From assembly GCF_018977255.1 (NCBI RefSeq), contig NW_024704743.1, positions 11,906,001 to 11,970,000 of the forward strand: DNA of 64,000 nt. Direction: 5' to 3'. Of the stretch, positions 50,328-63,020 are shown in pieces (position 1 is the first letter of the stretch; every line of letters begins with the position of its first letter). Under the pieces are notes generated by a model, which saw only the letters and a list, made by a program, of their open reading frames with translations, had not been told where the DNA came from and ran no database searches. The DNA comes from Callorhinchus milii (lineage: Eukaryota). A program made the translations under genes and the position numbers.

Positions 50328-51461
50328 GGCCAATAGAAAAGTGTGGCCGCAATTTTTCTGTGGAATCCACCATAAGTAGTGCCCTCCACTACAAACCCGC
50401 TAAAAACCCTGCACTGTTTATCTGACGCTACTGTGAGTGTGGAGGGTCTGGATGTGCTTGTGTGGTGTGGCGCAAATGGGAAATGGGCTTCACTACGCTG
50501 GGAGGCCCTGCTGTTGTGATCGTCTGTATCTGTCTCTCTCCATGTGTTTGTGAGTGTCTCTCTGTGTGTGTCTCTCTCCTCTATGTCTTTATGAGTATAT
50601 GTGTGAGGGTTTGTGTGTGTCTTTCTCTCTATGTGTTTGTGTCTGTGTGTGTCTCTTCTATATGTGTTTGTTTTTCTGAGTGTCGATATGAATGTGTGTG
50701 TGTCTCTTTGTGTCGATGAGTCTGTGTGTGTCTCTCTCTGAGAATGTGTATCTCTTTGTGTCTGCTTGTGTATATCTCTCTGTGTGTCTATTAGTGTGTG
50801 TGACTCTCTGTGTCTGTGTGTGTCTCTCTATCTCTCTGTCTCCCTCTGTGTCTGTTTGTGTGTCTCTCTCTGTCTGTGAGAGTGTATCTCTCTCTCTGTC
50901 TCCCTCTGTGCCTGTGTGTGTCTCTCTCTGTATCTGTGAGTGTGTGTATGTCTCGCTGTGTCTCTGTGTGTGTGTGTCTCTCTGTGTCTGTGTGTGTCTC
51001 TCTCTCTGTGTCTGTGTGTATCTCTCTCTCTGGGTGTCTGTGAGTGTGTTTGTGCCTGTGTGTGTCTCTCTCTGTATCTGTGAGTGTGTGTGTGTCTCTC
51101 TCTGTGTCTGTGTGTGTCTCTCTCTCTGTGTCTGTGTGTATCTGTCTCTCTGGGTGTCTGTGAGTGTTTGTGCCTGTGTGTGTCTCTCTCTGTGCCTGTG
51201 TGTGTCTCTCTCTGTGCCTGTGTGTGTCTCTCTCTGTGTCTGTGCCTGGTGTGTGGTGCTGGGCTCTGAAAGGAAGGAGGTGATGAGCTTCTGTAGCCTC
51301 GCAGTTCTTCTCAATACAGTGAAAAAAATGTAGGTGGGCAGTAAAATGTATCTCAATAGCACCAGCCAGCCTCTCCTCCCAGCCCCCCGCAATGTCCTGC
51401 AAAAGGCGACCAAATTTCCTCGCAATTTTTGGATAAATATTTCCACACTTTTCTGTTGGCC
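50328..51461. mobile_element. Non-autonomous DNA transposon (MITE-like, possibly PIF/Harbinger) with an internal microsatellite
   Basis: TIRs ggccaatagaaaagtgtgg and ccacacttttctgttggcc (1 mismatch in 19), flanked by ctg and cag; interrupts a SINE tail; a second copy of one end lies at 13570. Confidence 0.75.
50520..51250. repeat. Degenerate (GT)/(CT) microsatellite with a duplication of about 120 bp
   Basis: tgggtgtctgtgagtgt at 51031 and 51151. Confidence 0.93.
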
Positions 51462-52484
51462 CAGGTAAGGAAGGCACTGTTATCAGATCAGATATTTAAC
51501 TAGTCAGATATTTGTGGTTGAATATTTAACTGTGTACACGCACTGAGACTGCTGACTAAAAGGTACACTTTACAAAACAAAGTCCCTTTTGGCTGTCGAT
51601 CAGTATTGGTCGAGAGATCCGTAAGGGCTTTTTTCTCTAAGCAGATGTTACAATGCAGCAGTGCTTTAATCACCTGGAAGCTCCCTCTTAAGCAATTAAC
51701 TGTATTCAAGCCCCCGTGACCCCCCATTCCTCCACCCCCACCCATCTCTCCTTAACCAGAACAGATTGGAGATGGAAAGTAGGCGCTGAGCTGATTCATG
51801 TTCTTTCGATTTTGTTCCAAGAAAGTAAGCAAGAGATTTGGAATGAGAAATGACCATTTGGTCACTCATGGTCAGCCCTGCAAACTCCTGCACAAGCCCA
51901 ACCTCATCATCATGTCACTCCACGCACTGCATCTCAAGAGGATTGTGAAAGTGGAGGGGAAAGTCACAAGGCAGATGGATAAGGAGGGGGGGCGGGTGTT
52001 AGTGGGGACGAAGAGGGGATACAAAGGTCTAAGGTTTGGCCACCAATTATGGGAGAGGAAATGTGAGAATTGGATTGACTGTATATTTTGTGGGTGAAAC
52101 TCTGCAGCCAATTGCCCACAGCAGTGTCCCACAAACAGTCATGGACTGATTGACCAAATTATTCTTGTTTATATATTTTGGGGCGAGGGATTATTACCCC
52201 CGGAAAACAATCTACCAATCGACTAACAACTGGGTTCCTACTTATTGCTAACTAACCAGAAGCGTGACGATGTGATAAGGCGCTTTAACAAATGCAAGGA
52301 TCGTTAGTATTAGTCGGCCAGAGTCAGTGAAGTCAGGTGAAGTTGAGTAGATCCATCATTGTTTTTCAGTGGATGTTTAACTACATGAACAAGGCATTAT
52401 TATAAACCTCTCGCATCAGCAGAGAGAAGCGTAATCACAGCCGGAGCTCCCAGTTCCTTTCAAACCCTTTGTTGAACTCGACCC

Positions 52485-52930
52485 AGGGTCTGTCTGACAC
52501 ATGCTGAAACCCGTCGCCATGCTTAAGAGTATCCAAACCAAGCTGAGAATTCCATGCATCACACCTACGCATGGAAATCCCAGAGATAGATTGTTGGAAT
52601 GGAATAAGCACTTTTTCCCTGGAGGGATGCATCCTGGTTACCTAATTCTATGGCGTATTAGGCACAGGTTGGCAAGAGCCAAGGCTTGGGGACCCTAGAG
52701 TGTACATTGGAGTACTGCTGGAGTCTAACGAGCTAAAACCACACAGATTGCCATTGATATCGCTATCTGACAATTTTGTTGTTGTTGCTGTTTCCTGCTG
52801 CTTGTCCAGCTAGGACCACCCTACCCATTAGGGCTTGGCTTGCAGGGTTAACAGGAGCTGAGTGGGATGATTTCCTGCCCCAAGGGACTGGTCTGCCCTT
52901 CTTGGTCCTGCCAATGAGCCAGGCTGGGCT
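52485..52930 (-). mobile_element. 3' UTR copy of the CCHC non-LTR family
   Basis: Colinear with about 20345-20750 (tgtctgacacatgc...gcttaagagtatccaaa...ccagctaggaccacc...cagggttaacagga). Confidence 0.85.
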
Positions 52931-53383
52931 GTGCTGTCATCAGCAGTTCCCTGGATGTATGCTTGTGAATCCGAATCCCAGGCAGGAATCCATGCCAGGT
53001 CTGTGCTTCAGCTGTGACAGTCGGCACTACTTTCGCCAACAGTGTGTGTGTGTGTGTGTGTGTGAGGGGGAGGGGGGGAGAGAGCAAGAGAAACTGTTTC
53101 TTTTTCTCTTTCCTTTCAGTGGGATCAAGTGGATGGTTCCGGTGCATGGGCTGAAGGTGGGGTAGAAATGATAAAGATCACACAAATTAGTGTGTTTTTT
53201 TCCTTGTGCAAAAAAAAGTTGCTTTGAGTTGACAATACATTTCCATCCAGTTGTCGATGCGTTTTCTGGCAGAGAATGTTGCTGTTCTTCAATCAGAAAA
53301 TGTGGGAAGTTCAAAACAGTTATAATTTAAAGTATTATAGATATATATATACGTGTGTGTATGTATATGGGATTTGTGTGTAA

Positions 53384-53790
53384 GCTTGGCTCATCCACTC
53401 TCGCCTCTGAGTCAGAAGGTTATGGGTTCAAATCCCACGTAAGGACTTGAACTCACATAGTCTAAGCAGACACTCCAATGCAGTGTTGGGGTGGGTGGGT
53501 GGTGAGTGTTTCATTGTTGGAGGTGCTGTCTTTCAAATGAAAAATTAAACCAAGGTCCCGTGGACATTAAAGATCCCATGGAACTCAAAAGGAGAAGGGA
53601 GTTTCTCTTGTAGTTCTGGCCAATAATCCCCCAAATAAAATTGGTCACTCACTTCATGGCTGTTTTTGGGGACAATGCTGTGTGCAGTTGTGCGTTGCCT
53701 ACAAATACGTAGTCACTCCATTTCACATGCCCTTGAAACTGCCTTCTGGCGTAAGGCGCGATACCAAATGCAAGGATTATTGTTATTATT
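53384..53790 (+). mobile_element. Deu-domain SINE, near full length
   Basis: cactctcgcctctgagtcagaagg...gtggacattaaagatcccatgg...aaatgcaaggattattg. Confidence 0.82.
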
Positions 53791-55881
53791 TAGACAGGCT
53801 AAATATGGGGTATGGGGATGAGACAGGGCAATGCAATTGTATAGAGAACTTGCTCTGAGAAGAATGCAGACTCAATGGGCCAAATGGCCCCTTCCTCAAA
53901 AATGCTGTATGTTTTTACAGTTCTATATAAAGTGCAGATGGCTTCAGGAAGTGGTTGCCCAGAGAGTATATCAGACACAGTGACTTTGCGTTTTGGTGTG
54001 GGCGTGNTTTTTTCACCNAAAAAATTTGCTAATGAAAACAACCCTTGGTTGTCTGCACAAGTTATTGATGTGGCAGCCTGGCTTGCTTGGCACTCCTGTC
54101 TCTGGGTTACACTGTTGTGGGTTCAAACCCCCTCCCCCCACTGCTCAAACACCACTGTTAAGGGAATTTGAGCTTCCAATCCTTCATTTTATATAGCGCC
54201 TTATCACATCGTTGAGACGTCTCAAAGCTCTTCACAGATTACACTGTAAAGTGGATTGACTGTCTGTGCCTGTTCAAACGGACGTTAACGATCCTGTGGA
54301 GCTGGCTGTTCGAAATAAGAGAAAGGGGTTTTCTCCTAGTCAACCCGGAGTTTTAAAAAAAATTGTCATTGCAATTCTGTCACGGACACCAGGTGCTCTG
54401 TGCCCAAGAGATAATAACAATAATCCTTGCATTTAAAGTGTCTCAAAGTGCTTCTCTGTACTGTTGCATTGCCCTGCCTCAATCTACTTCATACTGTGAA
54501 GTGGATTGACTGTATTTTGTGGGTGATGTTTGAAAATTTGTTTGATGTTGATGTTGGAAAAACAATGAAAATGTTCCGCTAATAGAGCCAGGAGCATGAA
54601 GAGAGTGCAGAGGACTGTAGTTTCCCCCCTCCCCCCGCGCCCCCACGCACACACCTCCAGGCTCTGGAGAACCCCCGTCTACATCCCTGTGGTTTGTTGT
54701 CACGACACGGAATGCCAAATGGAATTTTGACCCTCATAAACAATCCCCGACGTTCTCACAGCCGCCTGGAGTCCTTCCTGGGATGTCTGCTCTGGGAACC
54801 TCTCCCAACGTTCAGTACACAAGCGTGGTGTCACTTTATATCTGCCACTCCCGCCTGCCTCCTCTACTTCTCCTTGTGTAATCTAATGACTGCTTCTGAT
54901 ATCCAAGCTGGCAAGCTTTCTCTCTTCTCCAGGTTGTTTGTAGAAGGCCTTTCACTACGTGAGAACCCCTCTTCCTCCTCTGTTTCTTCTCTCCCTTCCC
55001 ACCTCCTGAATGCTATCCACAATTCTACATGTTGGAGACTTCATCTGGTTGACTTGCCTGTCTGTCATGTGTCTCTTGCTCCACTGTCACCATCAGTTCC
55101 TACCCCTCTAACCTCTGGAGATCCCTCTCTCTCTTTACCACTCACTTTCACCCTTCTCTCTTTCAATCTGTAAGTCACATCTCAATTTCTACTGCTTTGA
55201 ATGTACCAATCTCCCCCTCCCCTTTGCTCGGCATCCAACCCTATTCTTGTGCTCTGACACGCTGCCCCTATATGAAGGGTGCTATATAAACACAAGTTGT
55301 TTGTTGTACGTGGGACAATGAGGTTTGCAGAGGAGGTGAAATGCCTGTAAAACTGACAAAGTGACAATGGTTCTGGGCTTTGATGGACTAAAGAAACCTG
55401 GAAAAATGAACCTTGTTCCGGGTGGCAATAGTGATCAATTGGTTTCCCCACATGCATACCCCGAATGAGGGGATGATGCTGTGAGAGACAATGATTGCGA
55501 GAGAGAGACAGTCGAGATTGAGGTGTTCTAATCAAAGCATCAAGAAAAGTGGTTCAAAGGGGTGGGGGGGGGGTGGGTGGTCACACGCGGAAACCCACCA
55601 CCATGCTTAAAGGGCATCCAAACCAGCCTGACAGTTCCAAGTGATGCGTTTCCACGTGTGCCAGAAGCCCAGCTGCTCCCTCCCCTCCAAAAAAACCCCA
55701 GACGTGGTGAATTTTGAGAGTTTTTGTGAAGTGCAAATATGGAGGAAAAAAGCTTTGAGCAAACATTTTAAATTGAGCAAGCCTGAACTGATACAGTTAG
55801 CAGCTCTCTCACTCTGTTTCAGAAGGTTGTGGGTTCATGCCCCACGTCGGGACTTTGAGTTCATGGTATGTTTCAATTTTC

Positions 55882-56812
55882 AAGTTTGCAAGTTTGCAGA
55901 CGATACTAAGCTAGGAAAAGTAGTAAACAGTGAAGAGGAATGCAGCAGACTGCAAGAGGACATAGACAGACTGGTAAAATGGGCCGACACGTGGCAGATG
56001 AAGTTTAATGTGGAGAAATGCAAAGTGATGCATTTTGGGCAGAAGAATGAGGAGAGACAATATCAGCTGATGGTACAATCTTAAAGGGGGTGAAGGAACC
56101 GAGAGACTTGAGGGTTCATATAAGTAAATCTTTGAAGGTGGCAGGACAGGTAGATAAAGCTGTTAAAAAAGTATACGGGATACTAGGCTTTATAAATAGG
56201 GGCATAGAATACAAAAGCCAGGAAGTTATGATGAACCTTTATAAAACACTGGTTAGGCCTCAGCGAGAGACTGGGTTCAGTTCTGGGCACCACACTTTAG
56301 GAAGGATGTCAAGGCATTGGAGAGGCTGCAAAGGAGATTTACCAGGATGGTACCAGGAATGAGGGACTTCAGTTATCAGGAGAGGATAGAGAAGCTAAGA
56401 TTATTCTCCTTGGAGCAGAGAAGGTTAAGAGGAGACTTAATAGAAGTTTTCAAAATTATGAGGGGATTTGATAGGGTGAACAAGGAGAAACTGTTTCCAC
56501 TGGCGGGTGAGTCGATAACCAGAGGACACAGATTTAAAATAGCTGTTAAATGAAACAGGGAAAGTGAGGAGAAATGTTTTCACACAGCGAGTTGTTCGGA
56601 TCTAGAATGCATTGCCTGAAAGGGTGGTGGAAGCTGATTTGACAACTACTTTTAAGAGAGAAGTAGATAATTATTTGGGGAGGACAAGTTTGCAGGGTTT
56701 TGGGGAGAGAGTGGGGGAATGAGATTGATTTGGAAGCTCTTTTCAAAGAGCCGGCACAGACATGATGGGCCAAATGGCCTCCTTCTGTGCTGCATAATTC
56801 TGATTCTATGAT
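55882..56812 (+). mobile_element. 5'-truncated CR1 LINE
   Basis: [37 protein letters not shown] and LFSLEQRRLRGDLIEVFK; tail aattctgattctatgatt. Confidence 0.93.
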
Positions 56813-56966
56813 TGACCCTTTGATTAAGTACTCTACACCTAATGATGTTGTGATCACTGTGATCAACTATTTCAAGTTGTTGAAAAAATCTTGGCATAGG
56901 AAAACCCTTGCGTTTCAAGGTACTTTCTTGTTACTCAGGCATGCATATTCCATTATGATCTCCGAA

Positions 56967-57472
56967 TAACAACAACAAAATTACATTTATAGTGCGCCTT
57001 TCACGTCAGGAGGACGTCCCAAAGCGCTGAACAGTCGGGTGTCGGGGCCCGAGCATGGGGGAGAGGTGGTGTAGGGCTGAGGGAAGGCAGAGAGGTGGGA
57101 GGGAGACCAAACGCACGGTCGAAGAGAAGGGTCTTAAGACCGGCCTTGAAGGGGGCAAGGGAGGAAGCGAGGAGAAGGGACCGTGGGATAGAGTTCCAGA
57201 GTATGGGGGCAGAGAGGCTGAAAGCCCGGCCACCGATGGTAGAGTGGGTCGGACGGGAGAAATGGATTAGGCCGAAGCCTGATGAACGGAGGGAGCGGGT
57301 AGGTTGGTAGGGAGTCAGCAGGTCAAAGAGGTAGGAGGGGGCAAGGCCATGGATGGTCTTAAAGGTGAGGATGAGGACCTTGAACTCTATTCTCTGGGGA
57401 TGGAGAGCCAGTGGAGTCGGGCGAGGGTGGGAGTGATGGGGTCGTGGAGCCTGGTGTGTGAGAGTACACGAG
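56967..57472 (-). mobile_element. L2 3' fragment
   Basis: QRIEFKVLILTFKTIHGLAPSYL..GGRAFSLSAPILWNSIP; (caa)n on the plus strand is the tail. Confidence 0.92.
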
Positions 57473-58691
57473 CAAAGAAGTGCCATTTTTTAATAAAGTC
57501 CTGACTCTCTTTGGGCCTCATTAGACTTGAGAACATTGTCTTCAAATTTAAGGTTGTGACGAATTTTGCTGAAAAATCCTTAAAATTCAGTCTTAATTTT
57601 GAAAATGTTTTATTAGTCTTTGCATTTGATATAGCGCCTTATGTCATTGAGATGCCTCATAGCGCTTCACAGAATCTACTGTGAAATGAATTATCTTTTG
57701 TGGGGGAAATGCGGCAGCCAATTGCGGACAGCAGTGTCCCACAAACAGTCGTGGATTGAGTGACAGTCTTGAGTAATAATTTAACGACAACAACAAAATT
57801 ACATTTATACAGCGGCTTTCATGTCGGAAAGACGTCCCAAGGTGCTCAATGTGATTTGCATTGCATTGAACAATGCTTGCATTTTGCATTCTAATTGAAG
57901 CAGCTGAGAAGCGACGGTTATAAGAACTGCTTGCCTCTTGCAAAGCCCCACAGCCAGCATGTTGCCTGGTGACGCATTCAGGATATAACCCATTGCCAGA
58001 ATTAAGAGGATGTCTGTCACCGTTGATGGAGAGAAATTCATTGCTGTCTTTTTTTTCTGTTAGGGTTTGTTTTGTATGGTAACGCAGTGTTCATGTCTGT
58101 GGCTCCATGATTTCATCACTGAGGAAGCCTTCGCTTGGGGAAGGGGAGAAAAGCTAACTCTGCCCCATTCAACCTGATCATATTACACATAGTTGGCATA
58201 ATTGTTCCTATTAACCCCAAATGCTTCTCACTTCACTGCTCTTCAGTTCATCTGTGTGTCACTCTGTTGGGACTCTTTGTCTCAATCATCAGTGCTGCTC
58301 TTATTTTCTTCCTGTCTCTCCCCTCCTACAATCCACCCCCACCATCACCACTTTTCTTGGGACTTTATTATAACAATAAATTATTAACAATAACAATATT
58401 TGCATTGATACAGTGCCGTTCACGTCGGGAGGATGGATTTCTCAAAGCGTTTCACAGAATTTTACTGTAAAGCACTCGCCTTGCAAGTGAGACAACCCGG
58501 GTTCAATTCCCAGGCAGAGAGAAACCTTAGGCAAGTTTCCTTACTCCACACTAGCAGTAAATAGGAAACGGGTTGTTAGATGACTGACACTTTTCGTAGG
58601 TAAAAAAATCCCTTTAAAATATCACGACAGTTTGAGAGACACTGCTGTGCTCAATTGGCTGCCTTGTTTCTCCCATAAAGTATACAGTCAA

Positions 58692-59336
58692 CAACAACAA
58701 GATTTAATTTATGGAGCGCATTTCACGTCACAAGGACGTCCCAAGGCGCTGGACAATTGGGTCGGGACCCGAGCCGGGGGGGAAATGGTCAGGGTGAGGG
58801 GAGGGAAGGGAGGGAGCGAGGAGGGGTTAGAGAGTCGAGAAGGGAGCTGAAGGCACGGTTGAAGAGAAAGGCTTTGAGACCGGCCTTGAAAGAGGAAAGG
58901 GAGGAGGCGGCGAAGGCACTGGGGGATGGAGTTCCAGAGCTTAGAGCTGAGAGGCTGAAGGCCCGGCCACCGATGGTTGGGGCGGGGGATGTGGAGCAGA
59001 CCGGAGCCAGAGGAACGGTGGGTACGGGCAGATAAGTAGGGGGATAGTAGGTCGGAGAGGTAGGAGGGAGCAAGGCCGTGAATGGCCTTGTAGGTGAGGA
59101 TGAGGATCTTGAATTCGATCCTCTGGGGGATGGGGAGCCAGTGGAGGCGAGCGAGGGTGGGAGTGATGTGGTCGCGAAGCCTCGTGCGGGACAGTACACG
59201 AGCTGCAGAGTTCTGAATGACCTGCAGCTTTTGGAGGGAGGAGAGAGTTCCCGTAGTCCAGCCTTGATGCGATAAAGGCGTGGACCAGTGTTTCAGCAGC
59301 ATGAGGGATGAAACTCCTTGTGAGGGGTGAAAGTGA
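58692..59336 (-). mobile_element. L2 3' fragment nested in a long-form SINE (about 58472-59428)
   Basis: LQVIQNSAARVLSRT..HITPTLARLHWLPIPQRIEFKIL; agtcaa direct repeats at 58686 and 59337. Confidence 0.92.
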
Positions 59337-60663
59337 AGTCAATTAACTTTACAGTATATTCTGTGAAACGCTTTGGGTTGTCTCAATGATGTGGTAAGGC
59401 GCTATATCAAATGCAAGGATTATTATTATGAGATAATTCCAATTTAATGGAATGTGTCTTTCCAACAATGGAGCCATCTTCAAAAGGAGAGGGCTGGGGA
59501 GGAAAGCAATAGCTTCATGTACTTTTGTTGCATCAACACAAGTACTCCAGTTGTGTACAGGACTGTATTACAATCCCGTTCTTTTCAAGGTTGGCTGGCT
59601 CTGAACAAGTCTAACTGAGCCTAAGATCATGTGCCTACTCAGTCACACACGACGCAAAGGAGGACGTGTTTCACCGAGGGCGGCAATACAATTGTTTTAC
59701 TTCTTCAACTGAAAGGAGTTCAACTGAGTTCAACTCAGCTACAGGGGTATGTGAGTTGGACTGAGGTGATTGTTCTTGAGGGAGCCCACACAGACACAAT
59801 GGGTAAAATGTCCTTCTTCTGTGCTGTAAATTTCTATGGTTCCTTCTTGAGGGGTGTGAATTGGGAATACGTTGCTGGAAAAGGAGGCTGCCTTCAAGGA
59901 TATTTCTTAGGATGGAGAAATATAGAACGTGAGAAGGTTGGTTTGTCTTGGAGGAGCTTACGCTATCCATTAGACCTTTTGCTGTTTGCTATATAGTGAG
60001 CATTGGCCTAACCCATTCAATCACCCACAGGTTAAGCAGCACAGAGATAGATGGAGATTGGGTCAGTTAGTACCACTCTCGCTTCTTGAGTTAGAAGGTT
60101 TGGGGTTCAAGCTCCCACATCAGGACTTTGAGCTTCTGTTCTTTCTAGGCTGACACTACAATGAAATGCCATGGCATCTTTACATTTGATATAAGCTTTT
60201 TCACGTTGGAAAGATATCCTGATGTAGGGTTCAACCCATAATAATAATACTAACCCTTGCATTTTATATAGTGCCTTATCACATCGTTGAGACGTCTCAA
60301 AGGGTTTCACAGGATATACTGTATAGACAATTGATTATTTTGTGGGCGAAAAGTCTTCTGGCAGAGGTGAGTGTGCTACCAACTGAGCCAGGTGGTTCCT
60401 GTGATCTTGAACCTTGCAAAACCTAATTTGTAGAGCAGTCTGGCTGGGTCGGCTGCATGCTGTGCATTTACTTTTACATCATGGCTGATAGTCCGATGAT
60501 CTCCTGCATTTGAGGCCTAAACTCTGTTGGATTGAGAGGTGCCTTTGAACAACAGGGGAAACGTGTTAATGTTTAAAACCAGTAGCTGTTAGCTCTTCTT
60601 TCATTACAGGTTATTGAGGTGAATGAAGGAGAGAAAGTCTGCAGCTTAGCTTTGTGGAGCCCT

Positions 60664-61022
60664 GTGGAGTCTTGTAGCTTAATGGTTAGAGTGCTCACCT
60701 CGCAAGCGAGAGGACCTGAGTTCAATTCCCAAGCAGGGTGAAACATTGGGCAAGTTTCCTTTCTCCACAAGCCTCTGTTTACCTAGCAATAAGTAGGAAC
60801 CTAGTTGTTAGTCGATTTGCGTATCGCTTATCCGGGGGTAATAATCACTTCCAAATATAAAGAAATCAAATAATAATTTGGTCACTCAATCCACTGCTGT
60901 TTGTAGGACACTGCTGTGTGCAATTGGCTACTGCATTTCACCCACAAAGTATACAGTCAATTCACTTTACAGTATATATGTGATAGATGCTATATCAAAT
61001 GCAGGGATTATTATTATTATTA
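60664..61022 (+). mobile_element. Long-form tRNA SINE
   Basis: Full head, CORE-like middle and (tta)n tail. Confidence 0.88.
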
Positions 61023-62802
61023 AAGCCAAGAGGAGGGTTAAGAGTATTCAGAATTATAATGTTCCCTCTTGGAAATTCAGCATGTAACTTTTAGGACCAG
61101 GCAGGTTGTGTTTGGAAATGGGGGAAGTGACATGTAATTCTGTGTAGCCTACCGGTGATTGGGAGAAGGTATAGGCTACCAGACTTATACATAAAATTAT
61201 TGACTTATACAAACTTATAAAATTATTGTGAAAAGATTAGTAAGTAATTGGGGAATAACCTAGTTAGTCACTTGCAGTATTCTTGGCTAACTGGCTTATC
61301 TTGAAATCCATACTGCACCTTTGCTCAAAACATTCTCTCTCTCTCTCTTTCACACACACTTCTTCTCTCTAAGTATTAACCCTTTCAAATGCCACGGGAG
61401 CGATTGAATAATAATAATCCTTAATAATCCTGTGTTTGGTACAGCGCCTTTCATGTTGGGAGGATGTCTCAAAGCACTTTGCAGGATTTACTATGAAGTG
61501 GAGTTGACTGTATTTGTAGGCAAACCCGGCAGCCCAATTTGCGCATCAGTGTCCCACAAACAGCCATGAACCGAATGACCTATTATTTCTGGGGGATTGT
61601 TGGCCAGGACGCTAGGAGAAACTCCCTTCTCTTTTCAAATGGTTGGTGCATGGAGGAAGCTATTTTGACCAGTGACTGGTCTGCCCTTGCAAATGTTGCC
61701 AATGAACAAGGCTGCCTTGGAGTCCTATGGCTCATGAACCGGATCACCAAGACCACCACAGAGGATTGACATGATTCTGATATTTCATTGCGAGGCAACT
61801 TGGAGTCAGTTTAGCTCAAAAGAGATCTCACTTGCTCTTTATCTCTATTCCCCCGCCCTCCCCCACACACCTCTCTTTTCTCACAAAGCGAGGTGCTGTC
61901 TGTGTGAAAGTGATGCTTTCCACCTTTACATCATAAAATCATGAACCATCTCATTATTCCAGGCATTTTCCATTTCAGGGGAGATCTTGTTCTTGAAAAC
62001 AAGTGTGCGTTAGTCTCTAAAATATATTCAACATGTCTATTTATTTCAAAAGATTCAAAAAATGCTTTCAAAAATTAAAAAGTAAAAAAAATTAACAAAT
62101 TTAGAAAAATGCACAAGCTTAGAAAATTACTTAACTGGCACTTGCGTAATAGTGGAACAAATAGTCTGCCCCATTTTACAATTTTTTTGTGTTGACAATT
62201 ATCCTGTTGCGAAATTGCTCTCTTCTGTTCCATTGAAATGTGCTGCAAAAAATTCCAGGCTATGTGGCACATACGCTTGCCAGATGCACCGTTGGGAGGT
62301 GCTTAGTGATTTGGCAAAACTAACCAGTACCTCCTCGTATCTCTGTTATTTCAGGGGCGAAATGAACTGTCTTGGTACAGCTCAGTTTGGGTGTATTATG
62401 TGCAAGGGGCTGTTTGTGGGGGGAGGGCAGATTAGGGAGAAAGTTTTAAGATAACTTGGTGCATTGGGGAAATGGCTCCATGGTTTCTCTGCAAAATAAT
62501 AGTAATCCTTGCATTTGGTATAGTGCCTTATCATGTCTTCGAGATGTCTCAAAGCGCTTCACAGAATATACTGTAAAGTGAATTGATTGGGTATTTTATG
62601 GGCAAAATGCACTCATCCATTATTCGAAAAGAGAAGGGAGTTTCTCCGGTGTCATGGCCAATAATCCCCCAGATATAGTAGGTCATTCGGTTTATGGCTG
62701 TTTGTGGGACATTGATGCGCAAATTGCGCTACCAACAAAACACAGTAAATCCTACAAAGTGCTTTGAGACATCCTCCCAATGTGAAAGGCGCTGTACCAA
62801 AC

Positions 62803-63020
62803 ACAGTCATGGATTGAGTGACCAAATTATTATATTTTTAAAATTTTATTTTTGAAAGGATTATTATCCATAATCGACTAACAACTGGGTTCTTAATTAC
62901 TGCTAGGTAAACAGAGGCGTGTGGAGTAAGGGAACTAATGTTTTTTCCTGTCCGGGAATCGAAACCTGGTCCTCTCGCATGTGAACCGAGGGCTCTCAGC
63001 AATATGCTGCAGGACTCTAC
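62803..63020 (-). mobile_element. Long-form tRNA SINE, 5' half
   Basis: ctgctaggtaaacagaggcgtgtggagtaagg...caggactctac. Confidence 0.8.

Noticed and set aside
50658..51477. 213-262-aa ORFs inside the TIR element as a transposase
   Set aside because: Derived from the microsatellite; no DDE-like motifs.
53098..53160. Possible second coding exon after tttctctttcctttcag
   Set aside because: The phase-2 continuation (GIKWMVPVHGLK) does not resemble the recalled KMT2C exon 2 (PRSRGK..EDEDSMDG). I found no exon 2 in the window.
54007..54018. Two N bases and the ORFs spanning them
   Set aside because: Assembly ambiguities; the ORFs are short and featureless.
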